A stretch of 47,136 bases of DNA from Patescibacteria group bacterium (GCA_025054755.1 JANWZH010000001.1:1-47136); one strand, 5' to 3'. Counted from the stretch's first letter, positions 19,229-28,739 are shown. Program-made: numbers and translations. Notes: generated by a model from the sequence alone, not told the origin.

Positions 19229-21337
19229 ATGGAACCGCGCTACGAACCAAAACAAATAGAAGAAAAAATATACGAATTATGGCTAAAATCAAAATATTTC
19301 AATCCTGATAAACTACCTCAAGCTAAAAATAAAAAAGCTAAAAATTATATTGTTTACATGCCCCTGCCAAATGTTACTGGGACATTACATATGGGGCATG
19401 TTTTAGATAATACATTACAAGATATTTTAATTCGCTTTTATCGACTTTTAGGATATAAAACTTTATGGCTCCCAGGGACAGACCATGCAGGAATAGCAAC
19501 TCAATATGTAGTTGAAAAAGAACTTAAAAAACAAGGTTTGTCACGTTTTGATTTAGGGCGAGAAAAATTTATTGAAAAAGTTTGGGAATGGAAAGAAAAA
19601 TATGGAACAATTATTTTAGATCAGTTAAAAAAACTAGGATGCTTACCTGACTGGTCCAGAAATCGTTTTACAATGGATTCAGCTTATGCTCAAGATGTTA
19701 TAAATGCTTTTATAAATTATTATAAACAAGGATTAATTTATCAAGATATTAAAACTGTTAACTGGTGTCCAAGATGTCATACTTCTTTATCTGATTTAGA
19801 ATTAGAATATAAAGAAGAAAACGCTAATCTTTATTATATTAAATATGATAACGATGTTATTGTAGCAACTACTAGACCAGAAACAATGCTTGGCGATACA
19901 GCAGTAGCAGTTAACTCAAAAGATGAAAGATATAAACATTTAATTGGCAAAACAATAAATCTGCCACTTACTGAACGCAATATTCCAATTATTGCTGATA
20001 AAAAAATTGATCCATCATTTGGAACTGGAATGGTTAAAGTTACTCCAGCGCATGATTTATTAGATTTTGAAATTGCAAAACGACATGATCTAGAAACTAT
20101 TCAAGTTATTGATGATTTTGGAAGAATGAATGAAAATGCTAAAGAATTTGCTGGCCTTAAAACATTAGAAGCTAGAGAAAAAATAGTTCAAAAATTACAG
20201 AGCGAAAATTTAATTATTAAAATTGAACCATACAACCACCGTATTTCAACTTGCTATAGATGCGGCACAAATATTGAACCAATTCCTTCAAAACAATGGT
20301 TTTTAAAAATGAATGATTTAGCTAAAAAAGCTATTTTGGCAGTAAAAAATAAAAAAGTTAAAATTATACCTAAAAATTTCGAAAAAATATATTTTAATTG
20401 GCTAGAAAATATTTTAGATTGGACATTATCTAGACAAATTTGGTGGGGGCATCGCCTGCCTGTTTATTATTGCCAAATTAACAAAGAAAAATATATTGTT
20501 TCTGAAAAACAACCAACTAAATGCCCATTTTGTAAAAATTGTAAAATGATTCAATCTGAAGATGTGTTAGATACTTGGTTTTCATCTGCGCTTTGGCCAT
20601 TTGCTGGCCTTTCTAAATCCGATTTAAAAAAATATTATCCAGGCAATACCTTAATTACCGCTCGAGATATTTTAAATCTTTGGGTAACAAGAATGATTTT
20701 TTCTGGAATAGAATTTATGGGCAAACCTCCATTTAAAAACGTATTTATTCATGGAACAATTTTAACTAAGGATGGCCAAAGAATGTCTAAATCTAAAGGA
20801 ACAGGAATTGATCCATTAATTTATATTAATCAATATGGAGCAGACGCTACTCGTTTTGGAATAATTTGGCAAGCTTTTGGCCAAGACATCCGCTGGGATG
20901 AAAATGCTGTTGTTGCTGGATCAAAATTTGCCAATAAAATTTGGAATGCAGCTCGATTTATTTATTATAAATTAGACAAAAAAATACTAAAAACAAAACA
21001 CAATAAGCCAAAACCAAAAACTAAAGATGATAAAAATATCTTAACTCAACTTAATCAGACCAAAAAAAATATTTCTAAAAATTTAAATGATTTTAAATTT
21101 AGCAGGGCCTTAAAAGAAATTTATGATTTCTTTTGGCATAAATTTTGTGATATTTATATTGAAAAATCTAAAAAACAAATTGATGACCCAAAATTAAATC
21201 AAAATACTCAAAAAATTTTAATTTATGTTTTAATTGAATCTTTAAAAATGATTCATCCTTTTATGCCTTTTGTCACCGAAGCAATTTATCAAAAATTTAA
21301 TAATAAAAAACTACTTTTAATTGAAAATTGGAATTAA
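19229..21337 (+). CDS. valS: Valine--tRNA ligase (short form)
   Basis: PNVTGTLHMGH, GTDHAGIATQ, ATTRPET, SRQIWWGH, RMSKS. Confidence 0.97.
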   Translation: MEPRYEPKQIEEKIYELWLKSKYFNPDKLPQAKNKKAKNYIVYMPLPNVTGTLHMGHVLDNTLQDILIRFYRLLGYKTLWLPGTDHAGIATQYVVEKELKKQGLSRFDLGREKFIEKVWEWKEKYGTIILDQLKKLGCLPDWSRNRFTMDSAYAQDVINAFINYYKQGLIYQDIKTVNWCPRCHTSLSDLELEYKEENANLYYIKYDNDVIVATTRPETMLGDTAVAVNSKDERYKHLIGKTINLPLTERNIPIIADKKIDPSFGTGMVKVTPAHDLLDFEIAKRHDLETIQVIDDFGRMNENAKEFAGLKTLEAREKIVQKLQSENLIIKIEPYNHRISTCYRCGTNIEPIPSKQWFLKMNDLAKKAILAVKNKKVKIIPKNFEKIYFNWLENILDWTLSRQIWWGHRLPVYYCQINKEKYIVSEKQPTKCPFCKNCKMIQSEDVLDTWFSSALWPFAGLSKSDLKKYYPGNTLITARDILNLWVTRMIFSGIEFMGKPPFKNVFIHGTILTKDGQRMSKSKGTGIDPLIYINQYGADATRFGIIWQAFGQDIRWDENAVVAGSKFANKIWNAARFIYYKLDKKILKTKHNKPKPKTKDDKNILTQLNQTKKNISKNLNDFKFSRALKEIYDFFWHKFCDIYIEKSKKQIDDPKLNQNTQKILIYVLIESLKMIHPFMPFVTEAIYQKFNNKKLLLIENWN

Positions 21338-21888
21338 TTTTTTTGATAAATAAATAATTTTTCAAAATTAGGATCTGAAATATTTTCCCACGTATTTACA
21401 ATTTCTTTAGGCTGCCAATTTGAAAAAAAAGAAGTATTCGTTATAACTATTGCTCCTGATTTTAATTCTTTTCGTAATTTTGTTTCTAAAATAGGCATTA
21501 AATCGTACCATAAATAAGTATAAACAATATCAGCCTTACTTAAATCTAAATCAAAAATGTTTTTATTTATAAAATTAATTTTTTTTCTAAAAATTAAAGA
21601 TTTTAATTTAGAAATAAATATTCTAAATTTATTTTTATCAACACCATAAACATTTAAATTTGGAAATTCTTTTTTAATTTTTAAAACCACCTTGCCCCGA
21701 CCACATCCTAAATCATAAAAATTTGAAGCTTGAGGATTATACTTTTTAATTATTTCTATAACTTTTAAAATAGCTTTATTAGAAGTTGGCAAATCATGAC
21801 TAAAAATTAAATTATCTAAAGCAAAAATAATAAAAAACAAATATAATAAAAAAATAATAATTAAAAATATAAATAATAACCAAATCAT
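21334..21888 (-). CDS. Class I SAM-dependent methyltransferase with N-terminal TM helix
   Basis: YDLGCGRG motif I; ADIVYTYL; ELKSGAIVITN. Confidence 0.88.
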   Translation of the reverse strand: MIWLLFIFLIIIFLLYLFFIIFALDNLIFSHDLPTSNKAILKVIEIIKKYNPQASNFYDLGCGRGKVVLKIKKEFPNLNVYGVDKNKFRIFISKLKSLIFRKKINFINKNIFDLDLSKADIVYTYLWYDLMPILETKLRKELKSGAIVITNTSFFSNWQPKEIVNTWENISDPNFEKLFIYQKN

Positions 21889-23069
21889 AAATAATATTTT
21901 TTAAAAAAATTATACATTGATTCTAAAATATCATTTTCAGCATCAATAGCATGCAACTCAATTGATGGCAATGTATTTAATTCTAAAATACCACATCTTT
22001 GATTTTTCCAAGAATTTTCAATGTTTTCGATCATAAAATCAATTCCAACTAACTTAATATTAAATAATTTAGAAATATTTAAAAATAATTCCTTATTATC
22101 TGAATGCATTTTAAGACTATAATCTTTTAAATCTCCTCCTAATCTTAAAAACGGATCTTTTTGTAAATAAATAATCTCTCCTTTTTGGGGGATATCTTTG
22201 AAAGTATAGCCTTTTTGATTTAATAATTCTTTAGTTGTTTCATTTATTAAAATTTTATATAAAATAAAATTTTTATCATGAGGTTTCCCGCGTAAAGGAT
22301 CATTATTTTTTTGTTTAATTAATTCTTCAATGCTTAATTTGCCGTCGCCAACTATATTAGCTGGAATTTGTTTAACACAAAAAACATCTTGATTATCAAT
22401 CACTGTTGCTCTAAAAACAAAGGCTGGATAAATAAATTCTTCAATAATAAAACTTGGAGAATATTCTAATGCTTTTAAAATACCTTTTAACAAATCTTTT
22501 TCATTAAAAATATTTGTTGTAACATGTCTGGCAACAGATCCTCTAACTGGCTTAACAACTAATGGAAAGCCAATTTTTTTGCCATATTCTAATGCCTTAT
22601 TTTTTTGCCAAAACCAAAAAATTTTTCCTTTTGGCACTGGAAAATTATTCTTAATTAATTGTTTTTTAATATAATCTTTATGATCAATTAAATTAATTTT
22701 ATAATTAAGTTGATCTGGAGTTGGAAGACCATAAAAATTAATTTCTTTATCTTTATTTTTAATTTTAAAATGATTAGTATAACCAAAAATACTTTTTCCA
22801 ATAAAAATAGAATAATTTTCCAAAATTAATTTATTAATAAATAATTTAGAACGCAAAGAAATATTTAATTGACTAACATTTTCAATTTTTTCATATTTTA
22901 ATAATTTAAATAATAAAAAAATTTTTTCTAACAAGTAATCAAAAAAATTTACAAATTTTGTCGAAAGTTTAATTGGGGGCAAAAGCGACAAAAAATCATC
23001 AACCCAGCTTTCGAAATGAACAATCTTTTTGTGTCCACAATCAAAACAATATTCTTGAAAAAAACCCAT
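21885..23069 (-). CDS. ATP-grasp protein resembling the ATP-grasp module of cyanophycin synthetase/GshF
   Basis: GFPLVVKP, IIEEFI, PANIVGDGKLSIEELI..KN, VGIDF, ILELN..P. Confidence 0.8.
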   Translation of the reverse strand: MGFFQEYCFDCGHKKIVHFESWVDDFLSLLPPIKLSTKFVNFFDYLLEKIFLLFKLLKYEKIENVSQLNISLRSKLFINKLILENYSIFIGKSIFGYTNHFKIKNKDKEINFYGLPTPDQLNYKINLIDHKDYIKKQLIKNNFPVPKGKIFWFWQKNKALEYGKKIGFPLVVKPVRGSVARHVTTNIFNEKDLLKGILKALEYSPSFIIEEFIYPAFVFRATVIDNQDVFCVKQIPANIVGDGKLSIEELIKQKNNDPLRGKPHDKNFILYKILINETTKELLNQKGYTFKDIPQKGEIIYLQKDPFLRLGGDLKDYSLKMHSDNKELFLNISKLFNIKLVGIDFMIENIENSWKNQRCGILELNTLPSIELHAIDAENDILESMYNFFKKYYL

Positions 23070-23083
23070 TTTTATATTATAAT
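23055..23083 (+). promoter_or_regulatory. ssrA promoter, overlapping the start of the divergent ATP-grasp gene
   Basis: TTGAAA 23055-60, 17 nt, TATAAT 23078-83. Confidence 0.7.
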
Positions 23084-23094
23084 TTATTTTAGTT

Positions 23095-23439
23095 GGGGAT
23101 GAAAGGTTTCGATGGAATAAAAGTAAAAAACCAGCGAGCCGAGCTGGAATCTCGACCTTTTAGGTAAAACTTCCAAAAACAACAACTGCCAACCAAAGAG
23201 TTGCAGCTCCAAGCTTTGCTTTTGCATAAGCTTGGGATCAGCCAAATCTTGCCTTTCGGATTTGAGTCTGGTCTTATATTAGAAAGGCTCGCTTAAATAT
23301 TTTAGCGTTTTAATATTTAAGCTAAATTAAATAAACGCTAACCTTTATGGTTAATTTGTCCTTTTATTTAAAAGGACTACGCTCGTAGAAGGTTTTTTAC
23401 AATTATTTCCAGACGCGGGTTCAAATCCCGCCATCTCCA
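23095..23439 (+). ncRNA. ssrA: tmRNA, one-piece; predicted tag (A)ANQRVAAPSFAFA*
   Basis: 5' GGGGATG pairs with 3' CATCTCC-A including G3.U70. T-arm GCGGG-TTCAAAT-CCCGC. Tag frame 23188-23229 ends FAFA-TAA. Confidence 0.95.
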
Positions 23440-23492
23440 CAAATTAAATATAGAAAAATAAATTATAAAAACATTATTAAATTCTTAAATTT

Positions 23493-24263
23493 TTAATTAG
23501 ATTTTTTGAAAATAATACTTATTAAAAATATAAAAGCTCCACAAATAACTATTAATGGACCAGGTTGTAAATTAAATTTTTGACCTAAAAGTATTCCAAA
23601 AATAGTAATAATTGTGCCAAAAAAAATAGAAAATAATTTATATTGAATTAAAGATTTATTTAAATTTTTAGAAATTGCAGCTGGAATAGCAATTAAAGCC
23701 GCAGTAATCAATCCTCCAACCAAATAAACTCCTATACTTACAGTTAAAGCAATACTTAATAAATATAAAAAATTATAAAAATTTATATTGATTTCGCTTA
23801 CAACAGCTAAATCTTCTGAAACATTTAAGAGCAGAGTTTTATTATAAATTTTAAAAACAATTCCAAAAATAATTAAGCTAATTAAAATAACAAAAATTGT
23901 CTCATAAAAACTAATATTTAAAATATTTCCAACTAAAGCTTCTTCTGCTTCTTCTATTGGCAAAATTAAAAGAGCAACTCCAATGCTTGAAGCAAATAAA
24001 ATTGCAGCTAAATTTTCAATTGGCAATTTTGTTTTTCTTTCTAAAAGCCAAATAATTAAAGCTCCTAAAATTGTAAAAGGAAAAACTCCTAAAAACAAAT
24101 CAAAGCCATAAATTATTGCTAAAGCCGCGCCAGGCAATGCTAAATGCGCAACTGGTTCAGCAATAACCGACATTTTTCTAGAAAGCATTAAAGTACCTAA
24201 ATAAGCTGCAATTCCTGAAATAAAAACTCCACTAATTAAACTTAAAACTAATTGATTATTCAT
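23493..24263 (-). CDS. znuB: Zn/Mn ABC transporter permease (ZnuB-like)
   Basis: AHLALPG.ALA, LVGNIL, VGGLITAALIAIPAA; multiple TM helices. Confidence 0.85.
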   Translation of the reverse strand: MNNQLVLSLISGVFISGIAAYLGTLMLSRKMSVIAEPVAHLALPGAALAIIYGFDLFLGVFPFTILGALIIWLLERKTKLPIENLAAILFASSIGVALLILPIEEAEEALVGNILNISFYETIFVILISLIIFGIVFKIYNKTLLLNVSEDLAVVSEININFYNFLYLLSIALTVSIGVYLVGGLITAALIAIPAAISKNLNKSLIQYKLFSIFFGTIITIFGILLGQKFNLQPGPLIVICGAFIFLISIIFKKSN

Positions 24264-24264
24264 T

Positions 24265-24960
24265 TTAATGTTTATAAAATTTTAATTCCATTCCAAACAT
24301 TGCTTCTAAAGCTTGGGGAGTCAAAGCCTTAGCTGGTGGGCCAAAGCAAATATGACCCTTTTTACCTAAACATAAAACTTTATCTGCTAATCCATAAACA
24401 ATATTTAAATCATGGGTTACTAAAACAATTGTTAAATTTTTATCTTGTTTAATTTTATAAAGCAAAGAATAAATTGTCTCTCCCCCACCAATATCAATTC
24501 CAGTTGTTGGTTCATCAAAAAAAATTACTTCTGGATTATCAATTAAAGACCAAGCAATTAAAATTCTTTGAAATTGACCAGTTGATAAATTGCCAATTGA
24601 TTTATTTAATATATCTTTATCTAAGCCAACTAATTTTAAAACATTAATAATTTCATCTTCTTTAAATTTTTTATTTTTTAAATTAAAAAAATCTTTTACC
24701 GTAATCGGCAAATTCTTGAAAAATAATTGATTTAATCCTTGAGGTAAATAACTTATTTTAAATTTGTTAGCCCAAATAACTTGTCCATTATATGGCAAAA
24801 TTCCTAAAATAGTTTTTAATAAAACACTTTTGCCTGCACCATTTGGGCCTAAAATAATTAAAATTTCTCCTTGATTTAAAGTAAAAGAAATATTATCTAA
24901 AATTTTTTCATTATCAAGGAAAACATTTAAATTTTTGACCTCTAAAATTTTTTGTATCAT
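24265..24960 (-). CDS. znuC: Zn/Mn ABC transporter ATPase (ZnuC-like)
   Basis: GPNGAGKS, LSTGQFQR, DEPTTGID, VTHDL. Confidence 0.88.
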   Translation of the reverse strand: MIQKILEVKNLNVFLDNEKILDNISFTLNQGEILIILGPNGAGKSVLLKTILGILPYNGQVIWANKFKISYLPQGLNQLFFKNLPITVKDFFNLKNKKFKEDEIINVLKLVGLDKDILNKSIGNLSTGQFQRILIAWSLIDNPEVIFFDEPTTGIDIGGGETIYSLLYKIKQDKNLTIVLVTHDLNIVYGLADKVLCLGKKGHICFGPPAKALTPQALEAMFGMELKFYKH

Positions 24961-25030
24961 TAATTATCTTAAATATTATAAACATTATTTTAAAACTTGC
25001 AAAATAAAAATGTTCATTTATTATAAAACT

Positions 25031-25420
25031 ATGAATCAAAAAAATAAAATTATTGTTATTGGTCTTTTATTATTAACTTTTATTATTTTAACAATTGGCG
25101 CAATACTTAAAAAATCAACGCTTTCTGTTACTGGACAAAATACTTTTGAAAACAACAAATTAATTTTATATTATGGCGAAGGTTGCCCACATTGCGCTAT
25201 TGTTGAAAATTATCTTAAATCAAATCAGCTCAAAATTGGACTAGAACAAAAAGAAGTATATTATAATCAAAATAATCAAAAAGATTTAATTTCTAAAGCT
25301 AAAATTTGTAATATCCCTCAAAATCAAATTGGTATCCCATTTTTATGGACTGGTCAAAATTGTATTGTTGGTGACCAACCAATTATAGATTATTTTAAAA
25401 AACTCAATCAAAATCCTTAA
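25031..25420 (+). CDS. Membrane-anchored glutaredoxin/thioredoxin-fold protein
   Basis: N-terminal TM helix, GCPHC active site, GIPF cis-Pro loop, GD motif; ATG at 25031. Confidence 0.85.
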   Translation: MNQKNKIIVIGLLLLTFIILTIGAILKKSTLSVTGQNTFENNKLILYYGEGCPHCAIVENYLKSNQLKIGLEQKEVYYNQNNQKDLISKAKICNIPQNQIGIPFLWTGQNCIVGDQPIIDYFKKLNQNP

Positions 25421-25429
25421 AATTAAAAA

Positions 25430-25936
25430 ATGATTAAACCTAAATTAAAAATTTTAATTGTTTTAAACATTGTTTTATTTAGTATTAAAAAAACATTAGC
25501 AGTTTGTCCATTGTGCGTCATAGCTGTTGCTGGCGGATTAGAACTTTCCAGACTACTAAAAATTGATGATCTTATTACTGGCTTATGGGTTGGAGGATTA
25601 ATAGTCGCTTTAATTTATTGGACAATAGATTTTCTAATTAAAAAAAATATAAATTTTAAATTTAGAAATTTATTAATTATTTTAATTTGGTATGCTTTTG
25701 TTGGCGTAGGAATATATTTTGCAAAAATTAATTCAGAAATTTTATTAAATTTGCAGTTTTTAAATAAATTAAATTTAGGAATTATTTTAGGCAGTTTAGC
25801 TTTTTGGTTTGGAGCAGAAACTCATCAATTTTTAAAACAAAAAAATAATAAATCTTATTTTCCATTTCAAAAGGTCGTCATGCCAATAATACCAATTTTA
25901 ATTTTAAGTATTATTTTTTATATTTTATTAAAATAA
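25430..25936 (+). CDS. Polytopic membrane protein with an N-terminal CPLC motif
   Basis: AVCPLC after a signal-like segment, about 4 TM helices, FPFQKV motif. Confidence 0.8.
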   Translation: MIKPKLKILIVLNIVLFSIKKTLAVCPLCVIAVAGGLELSRLLKIDDLITGLWVGGLIVALIYWTIDFLIKKNINFKFRNLLIILIWYAFVGVGIYFAKINSEILLNLQFLNKLNLGIILGSLAFWFGAETHQFLKQKNNKSYFPFQKVVMPIIPILILSIIFYILLK

Positions 25937-25939
25937 ACA

Positions 25940-26524
25940 ATGGATGAACAAAAATTAAATCAAAAAATTAATGACTTTATTCAAAAAATTGAAAAATCAA
26001 AAAGGGAAGATAAAATGGATTTATCCTCTAATCAAGATTTAAGTATTGCTATAATGAATTTAATTAGTATTGAAGAGCATTTCTTTTTTACTGGAGCTAA
26101 AACAGGTAAAACAGCTTATTATGATTTAATTAAAGAAGTTCGCGAAATTCGTAAAGAACTTTTAAAAAAAATAGTAAAAGATTATGAAGGCGAAGTTTGG
26201 TGTATTTCTAAACATTTATTAGCAGCTAGTTATCGTTTAATGGAAGTTGGAACAAAAAAATTAGGTGAAAACAAAAATCAAGAAGCTTATGATTTATTTG
26301 ATAAAGCTTACTTATTATATTCAATATTTTGGGGAATTAATTTAAAAATTTTAGATATTTCTGATATTAAAAAAATTGATGATGGAGCTTTAAATAAACA
26401 CGACAATGAAAAAACTTTAGAAAAAATAACTGAAACTAATTCTAATTTAGATAATGAACCTTCTGGAGCTTTTGATAAATTAAAAAAATTAATTAAAAAA
26501 GCAATTGATTGTTGTATTGAATAA
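25940..26524 (+). CDS. Hypothetical helical protein with EEH, WCISKH and terminal DCCIE motifs
   Basis: 194-aa ORF, tightly coupled to the upstream genes. Confidence 0.8.
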   Translation: MDEQKLNQKINDFIQKIEKSKREDKMDLSSNQDLSIAIMNLISIEEHFFFTGAKTGKTAYYDLIKEVREIRKELLKKIVKDYEGEVWCISKHLLAASYRLMEVGTKKLGENKNQEAYDLFDKAYLLYSIFWGINLKILDISDIKKIDDGALNKHDNEKTLEKITETNSNLDNEPSGAFDKLKKLIKKAIDCCIE

Positions 26525-27379
26525 TTAAATTTCTAAAATTTTGCTCACTTCTTGATTCAAATAAAAAATATTATAAAGTTTATCTAAAATAGGAGTTTTA
26601 ATATGTTTTGATTTTAAAATTTTTTTAATTCCTCTAATAGATTTTAATCCTTCTGAAGTTTGATTAATTTGCTGATTTTTGCCTTTTAAAAATCCAACTT
26701 TATAATTAGCTGAATTTTTACTAAAACCAGTTGCAACAAAATCGCCTAAACCGCATATTTCAAAAACTGTTTTTGACCTACCTCCCAAAACTTTAACTAT
26801 TTTAAACATTTCGTTTATGGCTTGCGTGACATAATACCCCTTAAAATTTAAACCCAAATTTAAACCGTCAAGTAATCCCAAGCCTAAAGCATAAATATTT
26901 TTTAAAACTCCGCTTAAAGCCACGCCAACTACATCATTGCTAGTTTTAATTTTAATTTTAGTATTTAAAAAAATATTTTTTAATTTTAAAACTTTTTTAT
27001 TTTTAGAAGCTAAAATTCCAAAACCAAATTGATTTTGATTCAATTCTTCGGCAATCATTGGCCCATAAAGTAAGCCAAAATTTTTAAAATCAGCTAAAAT
27101 TTCATCTATTCTTTGATTAGTTTTTAAATCAATTCCTTTAGAAACACAAATTAAAAATTTATTTTCTAAATTAAATTTTTTAATCTTTTTCCAAACCTCA
27201 AAAACAGCTCCTGCTGGCGTGCAAATTAAAATAGTTTCTGATTTTAAAACTAAATCTTTTAAATCTTGATTTTTAAAAATACCATATTTATCCCAATAAT
27301 TTATTTTATTTTCTTTTGATAAAATTTTGCCCAAAGCTTTTCCAATTTCTCCAGCTCCAATAATTAAAATTTGGCTCAT
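26525..27379 (-). CDS. gpsA: NAD(P)H-dependent glycerol-3-phosphate dehydrogenase (short)
   Basis: GAGEIG, SKGI, GPMIAEE, LKNIYA, GLGDFVAT, SEG. Confidence 0.88.
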   Translation of the reverse strand: MSQILIIGAGEIGKALGKILSKENKINYWDKYGIFKNQDLKDLVLKSETILICTPAGAVFEVWKKIKKFNLENKFLICVSKGIDLKTNQRIDEILADFKNFGLLYGPMIAEELNQNQFGFGILASKNKKVLKLKNIFLNTKIKIKTSNDVVGVALSGVLKNIYALGLGLLDGLNLGLNFKGYYVTQAINEMFKIVKVLGGRSKTVFEICGLGDFVATGFSKNSANYKVGFLKGKNQQINQTSEGLKSIRGIKKILKSKHIKTPILDKLYNIFYLNQEVSKILEI

Positions 27380-27383
27380 ATCA

Positions 27384-27524
27384 TCATTTTAAAACTTTAT
27401 AATGTAAAAGCAAAGTTCCAGAATTATTTATTTTTCTTGCCTCTATTAAGTTTAAATTTAAATTCATTTTTTGATTTAAAAATTTTAAGCCCTTACCAAA
27501 TAAAATCGGCTCAATAGTTAAAAA
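27384..27524 (-). pseudogene. 3' remnant of a dihydrofolate reductase (RibD_C/FolA-like) gene
   Basis: Manual translation FLTIEPILFGKGLKFLNQKMNLNLNLIEARKINNSGTLLLHYKVLK*; no 5' part present. Confidence 0.7.
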
Positions 27525-27526
27525 AT

Positions 27527-27607
27527 TCAAAAACAACATTTCAAAATTTGTTTATCAATGCCATTTTCTAAAATATATTTTAATGCGTTTAAATATTGTT
27601 CTTCCAT
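27527..27607 (-). pseudogene. thyA: 5' remnant of thymidylate synthase
   Basis: ATG 4 nt after the dut stop: MEEQYLNALKYILENGIDK (ThyA N-terminus), then unrelated sequence and TGA. Confidence 0.72.
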
Positions 27608-27611
27608 TTTT

Positions 27612-28037
27612 TTAATTTAAACCAGAACTGCCAAAACCTTTTTCTCCTCGATGCGTTTCATCTAATTCATTAACTTCTTCTAATTCGTAATTAATAATTG
27701 GCATAATAACTAATTGCGCAATTTTAACTCCTTTTTCAACTTTATAATCAGTTTTACCTAAATTAAACATAACAACCCTAACTTCTCCTCTATAACCAGA
27801 ATCAATAACTCCAGCCATTGTTTTAATTTTACTGTTTAAGGCAAGACCGGATTTATCCCAAATAAAACCAGCATAACCTTCTGGAATTGCAATTTTAATT
27901 CCAGTGCGAACTGCTTTATTTTCCATAGATTGAATAATAACTTCTTCTGCTGAATATAAATCAATTCCAGCATCCCCCTGATAAGCCAAAGATGGCAATT
28001 TTGCATCTGCATCTATTTTTTGAATATAAATTTTCAT
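27612..28037 (-). CDS. dut: dUTP diphosphatase
   Basis: AGIDL, KSGLA, GVIDSGYRGE, KIAQLV, RGEKGFGSSG. Confidence 0.97.
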   Translation of the reverse strand: MKIYIQKIDADAKLPSLAYQGDAGIDLYSAEEVIIQSMENKAVRTGIKIAIPEGYAGFIWDKSGLALNSKIKTMAGVIDSGYRGEVRVVMFNLGKTDYKVEKGVKIAQLVIMPIINYELEEVNELDETHRGEKGFGSSGLN

Positions 28038-28038
28038 T

Positions 28039-28616
28039 TTAATCTTGTATAATTTTGCTAGCTAATGGCGACTTTTCTTGTTTTGTATATTTATGTTTTT
28101 CTTTTGAGCCATACGGAAACTCGGCTTTTGATTCTAAAAGTTCAAAAGTTAAACTACAAATTCTCATTCCTTCATAAAGAATAACTGGCATTGGACCTAA
28201 ATTTCCTAATTCTAAAACAGCTTGGCCATTCCAGCCAGGATCAAATCTAGTCTAGCAGCTGTTGAATGAACAATTATTCCTAATCTAGCCAAAGAACTCC
28301 TGCCTTCTAATCTAGCTAAAATATTAGCTGGTAAACTAAAATTTTCTTTAGTTATTGCTAAAGCAAAACTATTTGGTTTTAAAACAAAACTTTCGCCTTC
28401 TGCAATTAAAATTTTCTCCATTAAATCTTCAATATTTTTAATATTTTTTAAATCTAAAGGTTTTGATTCTAGGTTTGATTTAAAAATCTTTATAAAATTA
28501 CCAAGTTTTAAATCTAAAGAACAAGGCCCTAATTGGGCTTCAAAATCAGGAGCTGGACTAACTTGAATTATTCCATCTAAAATTAATTTTTTAATTCTAT
28601 GATCAGGCAAAATCAT
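28039..28616 (-). pseudogene. dcd: dCTP deaminase, frameshifted
   Basis: SLDLKLG and EGRSSLARLG..VHSTA motifs. A TCTAG tandem duplication at 28246-28255 shifts the frame; removing it restores RFDPGWNGQAVLELGNLGPMPVILYEGMRICSLTF...IIQD*. Confidence 0.9.
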
Positions 28617-28674
28617 AAAAATAATTATATTAAATTGTAAAAAAATAACAAATAATAATTTTAAAATATTTCCA

Positions 28675-28708
28675 AACCAAAAACCCGCCATCGGGCGGGT
28701 TTTTGGTT
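28675..28708. terminator. Strong, probably bidirectional terminator downstream of the S-layer-like gene
   Basis: AACCAAAAACCCGCC-ATCG-GGCGGGTTTTTGGTT, a perfect 15-bp inverted repeat. Confidence 0.9.
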
Positions 28709-28739
28709 AAAAGTTAATCTGAAAAAATTTCAGAAAAAC

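Noticed and set aside
24961..25030. Possible Zur/Fur box between znuC and the glutaredoxin gene
   Set aside because: Only weak AT-rich dyad symmetry, indistinguishable from background.
28617..28691. N-terminal extension of dcd given in the ORF track
   Set aside because: The upstream ATG lies inside the terminator hairpin. Homology and a -10 box support a start at 28616.
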